The notes beneath the pieces are model-generated. The model did not search any database. It was not told the origin of the DNA and worked only from the letters and a program-made list of their open reading frames with translations. Source: Salpingoeca rosetta (taxonomy: Eukaryota; Protista; Choanoflagellata). From it: 64,000 nt of DNA. Below, piece by piece: positions 49,053 to 64,000 of this stretch. Within the stretch, counting starts at the first letter, position 1. Each line of letters opens with the position of its first letter. Position numbers and translations under genes: made by a program. The stretch spans positions 712,746-776,745 of the forward strand of contig JAWQFM010000022.1 of NCBI GenBank assembly GCA_033442325.1, written 5' to 3'.

Positions 49053-50037
49053 ATGTCGGGCAAGGCGAAGAGGAAGGTGAAGATCAAGAGCGATGTGAGC
49101 CTGCGCGACTACTTCCGCCAAAATGTCGAGAAGAAGCTCATCAAGTAAGTTGCTTGTTTGTCTGTGTGTCTGTGTGTCTGTGTGTCTGTGTGTGTGTGTG
49201 TGTCTGTGTGTGTCTGTGTGTGTCTGTGTGTGTGTGCATGAACGACTGAGTGTTCTGCAAAGCACCAGTGGCAATGTCATGATGCACGCTTGGGATGTTA
49301 TCGCTTTGCCGACTGTCATGCGTCGCACACATTCGCTCACTCTCTCTCGCACACACACACTCTCTCGCACACACTCTCTCTCGCACACACACACTCTCTC
49401 GCACACACTCTCTCTCGCACACACACTCACACACTCGCTCACTCACTTTCACTCTCTCTCGCACACACACACACACTCACATTCATTCGCGCACCCGCGC
49501 GCACACCCCATGCGCGCTCAGACAGATGCCGGAGGATGTGCTGAAGCAAACCACGCCGGCAACGGAGCTGCTTGAGAAGAAGAAAGAGTTGGCCGAGGTG
49601 GAAGATGCATTGGAGGCACAGAAGGAAGACTTTCGACTGCGCATGGAAAGCCTGAAGCAGAGGCGAGCGGAGCTAGAGCGCAAGGAGTACCAGCTGCAGG
49701 AGAACCTGCTCAAGTTTGACCGGTTCCTGAAGGAGAACGACGCGCGACGCGAGCGTGCCGAGCGCAAGGCCCAGGAGGAGAGCGAGGTTGCTGATCAGCG
49801 CGAGCACGAGATTGCATCGTTGACAGAGCAGCTGCACACGCTCAAGGACACAAAACAGCGACAAAAGGAGATTATCGCCCGCTACCAGAAGTTTGAGGAC
49901 TTCCTCAAGCAGGTGCTCACCAAGTCGGGCGAGTTTGCAGAGATCTCTGAACTCATTGACCGGCACGCCACACTCATCGCCACAAACAAGGTCTGTGCAT
50001 GCATGTGTGTGTGTCTGTGTGTGTGTCTGTGTGTGTA

Positions 50038-50086
<49 letters not shown>

Positions 50087-50741
50087 GCGTGCGTCTGCTG
50101 CACATGTGTATGGCCCTGTGTCTGGACGTCTGCGGGACGCACTTTGTGTATTCTTGCCGTGCCACCCCCTCCACACACTATGTCTGAATGCTTCTCCTCA
50201 CCCGCCTCACCAACCCGACCCCTTGCCTTACGCGCACGTGTTTCATTGGGAACACAGGATCTGCGGGAGCGGGAGCGCGAGAACCAGGCGTTGATGGACA
50301 AGCTGAAGCAGGAGGCGGCTGTGTTCCGCGAAGAAAACCGCGTCCACATCCTCAAGTGCAACAACAAGGTGGCACCACCACGCCCACGAGTGCTTGAAAG
50401 AGAGGGGGGGAGGGTGTTTGTGTATTTGTATGTGTGCGACTGAGTGAGTGAACGAATGAATGAGTGCGAGTGCGACAGTGCGAGTGCGTGAACGAGCAGT
50501 TGTATGCCCTGACTTCCTTCCCGGAGCGTTGTCTGGAACTACTTGACCCCCTGCCAACTCACATCCTTTTCCACCACGCACACACACACACACGTACGTC
50601 TGCGTTCCATTGTGCAGCTGTCTGTGTTGCAAGTCGAGAAGGAGAAAGCACAAACAGAGAAGCTGTATTGGGAAAACCAGTTTACTCAGGTGCAAAACGC
50701 GGCGTCAAAGCGAACACTCCTCCTCGGACAAATCAAGCTGT

Positions 50742-50816
<75 letters not shown>

Positions 50817-50991
50817 GCTTCAGTCTCCGTGCACAGCCAAGATATGCTGAATTCCTCCTTTTGTTTCATTCGCTTCATAACACCTCCACGCATACACACA
50901 TACGCCAGGGCAACGAACAACCTGTTCATGCTCATCCAGAGGAAAGCAAAACTCAACACGACAGAGGCCACGCCCACACAGCAGCTCGAAA

Positions 50992-51025
<34 letters not shown>

Positions 51026-51248
51026 ACAGCCACCTTCTCCTTGTTGTCTGCATGTACTTCCACGAGCGCGCGGACACGCACACATACACACACACACTAA
51101 CACACACTCTCTCTCTCTCACACTCACACACATGCACGCCCCTCTGCTGTTTGCGTTGTGCGGTGCATGCAACTGGCAGATCCAGCACTACATCCAGGAT
51201 CTGCAAGACATCATTGCAGAGTACGAGGAAGGCCTGTTGGAGGACTGA
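49053..51248 (+). CDS. CCDC42/CFAP73-family ciliary coiled-coil protein (DUF4200)
   Basis: SLRDYFR, TPATELLEKKKELAEVEDALEAQKEDF, LLKFDRFLKENDARRERAERKA, EFAEISELIDRHATL, AASKRTLLLGQIKL ATNNLF and QLEKIQHYIQDL across 6-7 exons. Confidence 0.88.
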
Positions 51249-51698
51249 TGGTATTGCTTGGTCATCATCATCATCACCATCAGTGTGATCGTGGTCGTTG
51301 GTGCTGGTGTTCAAGACGTGGCGTTGACGCGCGATGTTGCTGGTATTGGGGTATTGCTGGTGTACACATTCAGGTGGTGGTGGGATGTGTGCGACACGTT
51401 GTGATTTACGTTACAATTCGCCTGTGCAGTCGAGTCGCGTCGTTTGTTTCGATGTTTCGATGTGGATTAAACGCACCCCAACGACGCTGGTACAACAACC
51501 TCCTCGTATTGATCAGAAGAGCACCCTTTGCATGTGCTTCTTTGTGTGTGGTGCTGCGGTCGTGTTGTCTCATGGTCAGGGAATGGTTTACATTTTGGAG
51601 CACAAACCACACACACACACATCACCACACTGCCTATCTATTTGAGGACAAAGGATAAGACAAACCGTACATGGTGCCTCCATCTCCCCAAACACCAT

Positions 51699-51744
51699 CA
51701 CATCACATCACATCACATCACATCACATCACATCACATCACATC
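51699..51744. repeat. (CACAT)n pentanucleotide repeat between convergent 3' ends
   Basis: Seen directly. Confidence 0.9.
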
Positions 51745-51763
51745 AGCACTGATGGTTGGACGA

Positions 51764-53872
51764 TCAATCCACCTCCTCCATGCTCTGCTCCTTCTGTTTC
51801 TGTTTGGCCAAATACCTGCACACACAAACACAAACAGAACCGCACGTCCAACTGTTAGCGAGGGTGTCGAGCAATCAACACACAATGCGTCCATGGCCAC
51901 AGTTACGCCCACAGCTGCACGTTCACGGACGATGTACTCACACGTCCCCATCAATCACAGCCCTGGCGTGCACTCCACCCTACATGGACCTCACCACCAT
52001 CACCGCCATCACCATCACCATCGCTGCCGTACCCGCGGTTGTCCGGGTTTGAGTAGTACTCGAGATCTGCGCCCCGCGGCCGTGCCTGTGCCTGTGGACG
52101 AGACACGCGATGTGGCTGTACATATCCACACACATGCACATGCACACACACACACGAACGCACGCACGCACGCACACACACACACACACACACACGCCAG
52201 AAGCATGTGAGTGCTGACAGCGACAATAATGATACATACGTGCAGCAAAGCATTGTGCCATTCCAACACAAACACACATACACTTGTGCACAAACCCGCG
52301 ATGGGCACAACAGCACCAGCCCACCTTGAGGTGTGCCAGGAGCGTGCGCTGGTTGAAGTAGACGGTTGTGATGGAGCCGCCCGCCTCCTCAATGGCGCCA
52401 ATGGCCGACCTGCAACCAACCGTCGTGGTGATGACGACACACACGCACGCACACACACACACACATAGACACACACACACACAATGAGTGGAGAAAGGGG
52501 AGACAACATGCAGTGTATGACAGCTGCTGGATGCATCCATGGCAAGTGTTCGCATCTCTGTGTGTGTATGTGTGCATGTGCTGGCTGCGGAAGGCGATGA
52601 CATTGTAGCTCCTCCTTCATTCCACAGGTCTTGTCATCCCCCGCCCTTCGCTCAGGCACTGTCATCTCGCACGATGGTCACCACGCACTTTGATGCCCTG
52701 CTGACTTCGATGCTGATTGGATCTGAGAACCTCTCCTTCCCCTGCACGCGCGCAGTGCAGCACGAGCGTGAGCAAACACGCGCAGCGGTAACAGTCAATT
52801 TCGTGGCAGCAGTCACAGCTGCAGTAGCCATAGCAGCAACAGTCGCAGGTGTTACAGTGCGGTCACAATCACGCACGTGGGCATGGTGGTGTATGCTTGC
52901 GGGTGCAAGCGCACCAATACACGTACCCTGCCAAGGAGCTTCACACCATGCTTCACTTGACGGCCCACAACACCGGCATCCATGAGATGCTTCATGGTGA
53001 TGGTCTGTGAAGGGTCAAGCCTGCCCGCCTTGAGCACGCGACTGATATCATCTAGGTTCACCGTGTCATACTCCTTGGAATGGCTGCGCAGGCAGCCGAG
53101 GCGACGTGACAACAAAGCAAGTACATTGTCATGAAGGTGGTGCGTGAGCAGATGAGGCAAAGCTCGCGAAGCAGGCCCTTCATGGTGTTCACGAGTGCAC
53201 GCACAAACGAACCCATGAACACTCACATACTCACACACAACTACACACCTACACTCACCTACACTCACACCTACACCGACACACACCGACACACACCGAC
53301 ACACTCTCTCACACACTCACACAAACATCTACACACACTCTCTCACACTCCAACACATCTATGCAACTCACGGGTTGTGAAAGCCGTGCTTGGGCTGGGT
53401 TCGGTAGAACGGTGTTTGACCACCCGCAAAGAGGAGACGTGCACGTCCACTCGCGTGCTGGCCAGCACCCTTGTGGCCTTTTCCCGCTGTCTTGCCGCGC
53501 CGCGACGACCGCCCGCGGCCAGCACGGATTGCCTGCGATGGATGAATACCCAGTGCGCCAATTACCGCCTCCCGTGTGAGACGCATAAAGGAGAAGCAGA
53601 ACAAGAACAAGAAGAACAAGAAGCAAGAACAAGAAGAACAAGAAGCAGAACAAGAAGAACAAGAAGAACAAGAAGAACAAGAAGAACAAGAAGAACAAGA
53701 ACACAGCACAACACACAGCACAGCACAGCACAGCACAGCACAGCACACTATTCTAATGTCCCCTTTGCTACCACACAGCACACACACAACACACACGCAC
53801 GCACACACACACCTGTTTGGTGGCCCCAGCAGCCTTCTGCAGGTTGTGCAGTCCAAATCGTGCGCCGCTCAT
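51764..53872 (-). CDS. MRPL15: Mitochondrial ribosomal protein uL15m
   Basis: GLHNL...RAGRGRSSRRGKTAGKGHKGAGQ, FAGGQTPFYRTQPKHGF, GRLDPSQTITMKHL, HGVKLLG, ISIEVSRAS, AIGAIEEAGGSITTVYFN and EYYSNPDNRGYLA. Confidence 0.93.
53597..53745. repeat. (AGAACAAGA)n 9-mer followed by (CACAG)n, in MRPL15 intron 1
   Basis: Seen directly. Confidence 0.85.
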
Positions 53873-54181
53873 GCTGGCTGCTTGTGTGCGAGATGTGGTT
53901 GTAGAAACTTAACGAAGAATTCTCACCAACATTCGTCAAAGGCTGTGTTGACTGCTTGCTTTTGCTCTGCCACACTTTCCTCCTTGTTTGTGTTTCCACC
54001 ACCACCGCCTTTGCTCGCTCTCGATTGGATCAGCAAACTCCCCAGCCGCTACAGCACCCCCGCTTCCTTTCTTGTCCAAGACGCACACACACACACACAT
54101 ACACACGCGTGCCTCTTCATTGCTGTTGCCTCGCACGAACCACCAATTACCCAGAACCACAGCAAACAACAGCGAACAACA

Positions 54182-54613
54182 ATGGGACTGACGCCCGAGG
54201 AGAAGGCTGCCGAGGCCGAGCGCAAGAAGCTGGAGAAGGAGCGCAAGAAGGCTGAAAAGGAGGCGAAGAAGGCGGCAAAGAAGGCCGAGAAGGAAGCCAA
54301 GAAGCAGGCCAAGAAGGAAGAGAAGCTGCGTCGCAAGAGCAAAGGATCCCAGTCGTCCCCGCCACCAAGCGACAGTGACAGCAGCGGCGATGAAGACCAA
54401 GGGGACGAGGTTCGCCCATACGAGAACTTCTCTCCTCGCTTCGGACAGCAGGCCGCCCCGCCTAAGGAAGACAAGCCTGCCACCGCGGGCGGTAATGACG
54501 ACGATGACGATGGTGATGATGATGATGACGAGGGCCCCTTGCCTGAATCCACAAGCATCTCGGCTTACGAGAACTTTACTCCGGCCGGCCAGCGTGCAAA
54601 GCCGCCTTCGTAG
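54182..54613 (+). CDS. Small hypothetical protein (143 aa): K/E/A charged helix, acidic region and two YENF motifs
   Basis: Clean ORF MGLTPEEKAAEAERKK...RPYENFSP...SAYENFTP with the GC3-rich codon style of neighbouring genes. Divergent from MRPL15. Confidence 0.7.
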   Translation: MGLTPEEKAAEAERKKLEKERKKAEKEAKKAAKKAEKEAKKQAKKEEKLRRKSKGSQSSPPPSDSDSSGDEDQGDEVRPYENFSPRFGQQAAPPKEDKPATAGGNDDDDDGDDDDDEGPLPESTSISAYENFTPAGQRAKPPS

Positions 54614-54804
54614 GACCACCGCGCTCCTCCCCACATCATCGCGGTTGACTTTGCTTGGCTGTACCTCTGGTCAGTGCCGTGCATGTAGCCATGTGCTGAG
54701 TGTGGGTGATGTTATTGTGACAGTCACAGCGTGTTACTTCTCCTTTTGCGTTTGTGTTTGTGTTTGAGTGTCGTACGAGCGCGTGAGCTGGCTATCATGC
54801 GAAC

Positions 54805-54916
<112 letters not shown>

Positions 54917-55223
54917 TGTACCCATGTGCTGATTTGTTACGTTAGTCATTTTGCCAGCCGCAAATTACATGCATGTACAACCCACGCGAGCCAACGGCTA
55001 CCATTCACACCACAGCTTTGTTATCTTCCACACAAACCAGCGGGTCATGTCATGTCATGTATTCACTTGAACCAAAGCAACAAGTGGAGAGAAGCGAATA
55101 CGCGCACACACACACACACAGTATGCGCATGCGAGGAAACAAGGTCACGCATAACCAAACATTCAAGCGCATGCACACACAATGATGGCAGCTGGGGATG
55201 GCATGGACTGCAACATCTCCTGC

Positions 55224-60057
<4,834 letters not shown>

Positions 60058-60155
60058 GGTGCTCTTGTTTGTGCTTGTGATGCCCTAGATGCTCGGGTCC
60101 GCGACTGTGAGACGCGAGAGTATGAGAGTTAGTGAGAGAAAGAGAGAGTGTGTGC

Positions 60156-60186
<31 letters not shown>

Positions 60187-60259
60187 TGTGTGTGTGTGTG
60201 TGTGTGTGGAGTTGTTTTTGTGGTCTGTCGTTCGAGCGGGCTGTGGTGACGATAATTGG

Positions 60260-60276
60260 TTCAAGATTTCGCCAAA
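60260..60276 (-). promoter_or_regulatory. E2F/CHR-like element upstream of CPSF6
   Basis: Minus strand reads TTTGGCG-AAAT-CTTGAA, about 200 bp upstream of the ATG. Confidence 0.35.
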
Positions 60277-60587
60277 TTCTCCACATCGCCGCCAGTCGTG
60301 CCACTGTGCGAATGGTGCACCCACAACAAACTCAACCAACCAAACCGCTCAACTATTTCCATCACAGCACCGACGAGGTCGTGTTGTGTGACAACTTCAT
60401 TTACTCGGTTGTGCTTGCCCCCACACCGCTTTGGGTGGCCGTGTTTTACTGTGATACCAAGGAAAATGGCACAACAACAACAACAACAACACCACCACGC
60501 AGCGGAGTGTACACTGGCAAGTAGAAGAGGAGAAAGAGGAGAAAGAGGAGAAAGAGATGCAATAGCCGGCGCGGCGAGTCGCAGGGT

Positions 60588-63063
60588 TTACATGCGGATG
60601 GCAGCGGCAGCGCGCTCCTTCTTGATGGCGGCGGCACGCAGGCGGTGCACCGTCTTGGGGCCGAGCTGCTGGCCACCCCAGCTGCGGCGGATCTCGTCGA
60701 AGCGGTTCTTGTAGCCCGTGTTGAGCGTGTCAACGAGCTTGCGGAAAGCCTCCTCGTCCTTGGGGCGGACGTCGGTCAGGGCGACGCACGTGGCCTTCTT
60801 GTGGTGCACCAGCTGGCCAAGACGCGACTTGCCCTGTGCGTGCGTGCGTGCGTGCGTGGGGGGGGGGGTTCGGTGGATGAGATGCGAGCAGCAAGCGTGG
60901 CGCGTGCACGCGTACGTGCATGCCGGAGTGCGTTGGATCGGCCGTTAACTTGCTCAAGACAAACGTTTCCCCTCCAACAAAGCACACGCAGCGTCGAAAC
61001 GCCGCCACACCATAACCACCAACAGCATCAACAACAAACAAACCTTGACGATGCAGTATGGCACGTCGAGCTTGCGGCAGAGAGCGGGAAGGAAGACAAC
61101 CAGCTGTGGCAAACAAGGAGTGAGTCAGACAAACCATAGGGATGAGTGTGGGGTAACACAGTGGTCATCGAAGAAGAAAGCACCACAGCTAGACTTGCTT
61201 CCGCATCTCACTCAAGATTGTTGACTCAAGCCAGTAATGGCAAGAGACACATGAGAGAGAAAAGAGTGCGAACGCCAAGAAGAGTGCGTGCTGACAGTGG
61301 TGATTGCCATGTGTGCGTATGCACAGCATGAACAATCAACAAACGCTTCGCACACAACGAGAAGGCAAACACATGGCCTTTCTTTGGAAGGAAAAAAACC
61401 ATGTGCTGCTCTCATTGTGTGCAAGAGCGCTCAGGAAATGCAAATGGTCAACATGTGCTGCTGGGTGTTGGAGGATGGAGGGGACAGCAAAGGGGAAGGC
61501 AGCAGGCTGCACAAAGCAACCCACAAAGCGCCATGGCATGGCACCTTCCACTTGCAGCCAACCAACCAACCGATCAATAAACCAGCAAGCACACTCGCAA
61601 GTTGCAATCCAAAACGTCTTCTAGCCCCACGGACAAAACCGAAACGAATCCCAGACCACAGGTCAGGCCAGAACCAACAAAGGAGCAGCAACACAAGAGA
61701 ACTTGTGAACTGTCCAGGTGGAAACATGGCTGGTGACCACAACGTGGACATGAGCGTGGGCCACTGTCTTCATATAAACGGATCATCGAAGCATGACGCT
61801 CAATGTGGCGCTGGGGGCAGTGTGGTGCCTGTGGCATCCGCGTTGGGGAAGAGTGCTGAGGAAGTGACTGCAAACCCGCGAGCAGGCGAGCGAGCGAGTA
61901 CACATCTCCCAGTCACGCCAACACCGGCGAAATGGACACAGACACACGCACATGCGCACCAAGTGCACACAAAGAGCCGCTTCTAACCCCACATGGCTTT
62001 CATTCCGAAAAAATCAGAATGTGAGGGTCATGCCACCACGCTGCGCGTGGGGCAAGTTGCCTCAAAAAGCCAGCCATTCATGCACAACGGCAGCCAAGGA
62101 GAACCATCGCAGACCATCACACGTGCAACGACAAAGCGTCGCTGACACCGCGCAAGTGGTGCTGGAGGCCATGGCGCTGTGTGATGATGGTCAAACACAA
62201 CGAGTCGAAGTACACAAGCAAAGGAGCAGGAAAGGTGCACCGACAACAACAATCGCAGCAAGGTGCGTGCGTGCACGGGCATGGTGGCATGGCGGTGGTT
62301 GTGGTTGGAACACGCACTGGAGCCCATCAAATAAAAGACAAAGCAGGTGCGCTACCAAAACAAGACCAGACCACATGCAAGGGCAAGCAAGGGACGCCAC
62401 ATCACCAGTGATGCCAACGTTTTCACAGCACCCATCAAAGACATGCAAGAGTGAACCACAAACCACACACAACCACGCACGTCACTCAACAGCCATTGAT
62501 CTGGGGTGCAGGGTTGGCCGGCGTGTGCTCACCTCAATGGGGTCAACGTCGTGTGCGATGACAACGAGGCGGGCCTTGCGCTGCTCGATGAGAGCGGTGA
62601 CGTGGTTGAGACCGTACTTGAGGACGACGGGCTTGTCGCCGACGTTGGCGGTGTCCTTGGCGGCCTTCTCCTCGGCGAGCTTGCGCAGACGCTGCTTCTT
62701 CTGGGCCTTGTCCTCTGGCTTGTACTTCTGGAGCAGCTTGAAGAGCTGGGTGGCGGTGGCCTTGTCAACCGTCTGGGTGAACTGGTTGATGGAAGGAGGG
62801 ACCTTGAGGCGCTTGATGAGCACGCGCTCCTGGCGCTGGAGGCGCACGTACTTGGGCCACTTGACAAAGCGGGTGAGGTCGCGCTTTGGCAGGATGTCCT
62901 GGCCGATGCTGAAGTCGCGGGGGCGAGCGGGGAACATCTTGTTCTCGATGGCCTTCTTTGCCTTGAGGGCCTGCTCACGCTTCCTGGCCTTCTCTTCGGC
63001 CGGGTTGACCTTGACCTTGATCTTGCCGCCCTTCTTGGAGCCCTTACCCTTACCCTTGGCCAT
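60588..63063 (-). CDS. RPL7A: 60S ribosomal protein L7a (eL8)
   Basis: [50 protein letters not shown]|[18 protein letters not shown]|GKSRLG. Exons 63063-62533, 61103-61044 and ~60834-60588. Confidence 0.98.
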
Positions 63064-63135
63064 GGCTGCTGTTGGGGTGCGTGTGTGCGGTGGTGGTGTT
63101 GAGGAGGAAGGTTGGAAGCTGCGCACGCGGATGGT

Positions 63136-63144
63136 GGAAAAAGG
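63136..63144 (-). promoter_or_regulatory. TCT/5'TOP-like polypyrimidine initiator of RPL7A
   Basis: Minus strand CCTTTTTCC about 75 nt upstream of the ATG. Confidence 0.45.
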
Positions 63145-63517
63145 CACGGCCAGCACTCAAGCGCAGTGAAGCTGATATTTTTGTGTGGTGTTTCTCTCCC
63201 AATTTTTTGCTTGTGGGCTCGGTTTCCCTGAGTCAGCACTTTTTCAGCGAGAGGGTTTGTGTGTATGTGTGTGTGTGAGAGTGCGTGAGTATGTGTGTAT
63301 GTGTGTGTGTGAGAGAGAGAGAGTGTGTGTGTGTGTGTGTGTGAGCGAGAATGTGTCTGTGTGTGTCTGTGTGCGTCTGTGAATGTGGCTTGCGGCGCGT
63401 TCTGTCTGTCATCATCACCTGTTGTTCACTTCATCTCACACGCTGCACTTTTTCGCCGTTGGCCATGCAGGATCCATACGCATACACACGCAACACTACA
63501 AGCAACACAGGACCATC

Positions 63518-63943
63518 ATGTTCGGCTACGGTGCACGAGGTGGCAAGGGTCGCTGCTACCAGTTTTGGCAGGATCTCATGACCTGCGTCGAGGTGTGTGT
63601 GTGTGTGTGTAATTGTGTGTGTGCATGTGTGTGTGAATGTGTTTACACGCGTGTGTGTGTGTGTGTGTGTGTGTGTAAATGTATGTGGGTGTGCGTGTTT
63701 GCATTTGTGTGTGAGCGCGTGTGAGTTTGTGTGTGCAAACGTGTGTAATTGTGTTCCTCTGTGTTTGATACTCTCTATTACATGCACACACTCACACTCA
63801 CACACACACACGCATTCGATGTCCACACTACTACCACCACTGACACTGACACATTCGTGGGTTTTCAGAACAACAAATCTGACAAGAAGCAGTGCATCCC
63901 ATTCCGTGAGGATTACATCGAGTGCTTGCACAACAGGAAGGAG
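63518..63943 (+). CDS. NDUFS5: NADH dehydrogenase iron-sulfur protein 5 (15 kDa subunit), partial, continues beyond the window
   Basis: Exons 63518-63592 MFGYGARGGKGRCYQFWQDLMTCVE and 63869-63943 NNKSDKKQCIPFREDYIECLHNRKE, with a twin CX9C pattern. Confidence 0.9.
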
Positions 63944-64000
63944 GTGAGGCCCACACCAGTTTGTGCGTGTGTGTGTATGGACTGTGTGTGGTAGCACAGT

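Noticed and set aside
62014-62121. Box C/D snoRNA candidate (GTGATGG...CTGA) in the RPL7A intron
   Set aside because: Imperfect C box, and no rRNA target that I can verify.
61952-63169. 405-aa plus-strand ORF
   Set aside because: Antisense shadow of GC3-biased RPL7A exon 1 plus intron.

Overview
Gene-dense, intron-rich eukaryotic DNA. GC-rich exons are separated by introns full of (TG)n/(CA)n microsatellites, with three assembly gaps. The gene set is animal-like and the sequence style fits a choanoflagellate such as Salpingoeca rosetta (inference, not verified). Most of the supplied ORF track is microsatellite noise, so genes were spliced by eye at GT-AG sites. Left to right: the 5' fragment of an LD-motif gene (-) in a tandem duplication; an ERK5/Slt2-type MAPK with an atypical TAY activation loop (+); a compact NuMA/Mud-like protein (-); P5CS/ALDH18A1 (+); V-ATPase c'' (-); GMP reductase (-); divergent intronless histones H2B (-) and H3 (+); KRI1 (-); an orphan ORF (-); a PTB-domain protein ending in an OB-fold-like domain (+); COG8 with a long tail (-) head-to-head with CENP-L (+), both apparently lacking their 5' ends; CCDC42/CFAP73 (+); MRPL15 (-); a small YENF-motif protein (+); CPSF6/7 (-); RPL7A (-); and the start of NDUFS5 (+). 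The top observation is the NuMA-like gene. It keeps the HOOK/CH head and the NLM core ([23 protein letters not shown]) but lacks the adjacent LGN/Pins-binding EPE motif, and it has a CDE/CHR-like element upstream. Family assignments come from recalled sequence motifs, not database searches, and exon boundaries are approximate.
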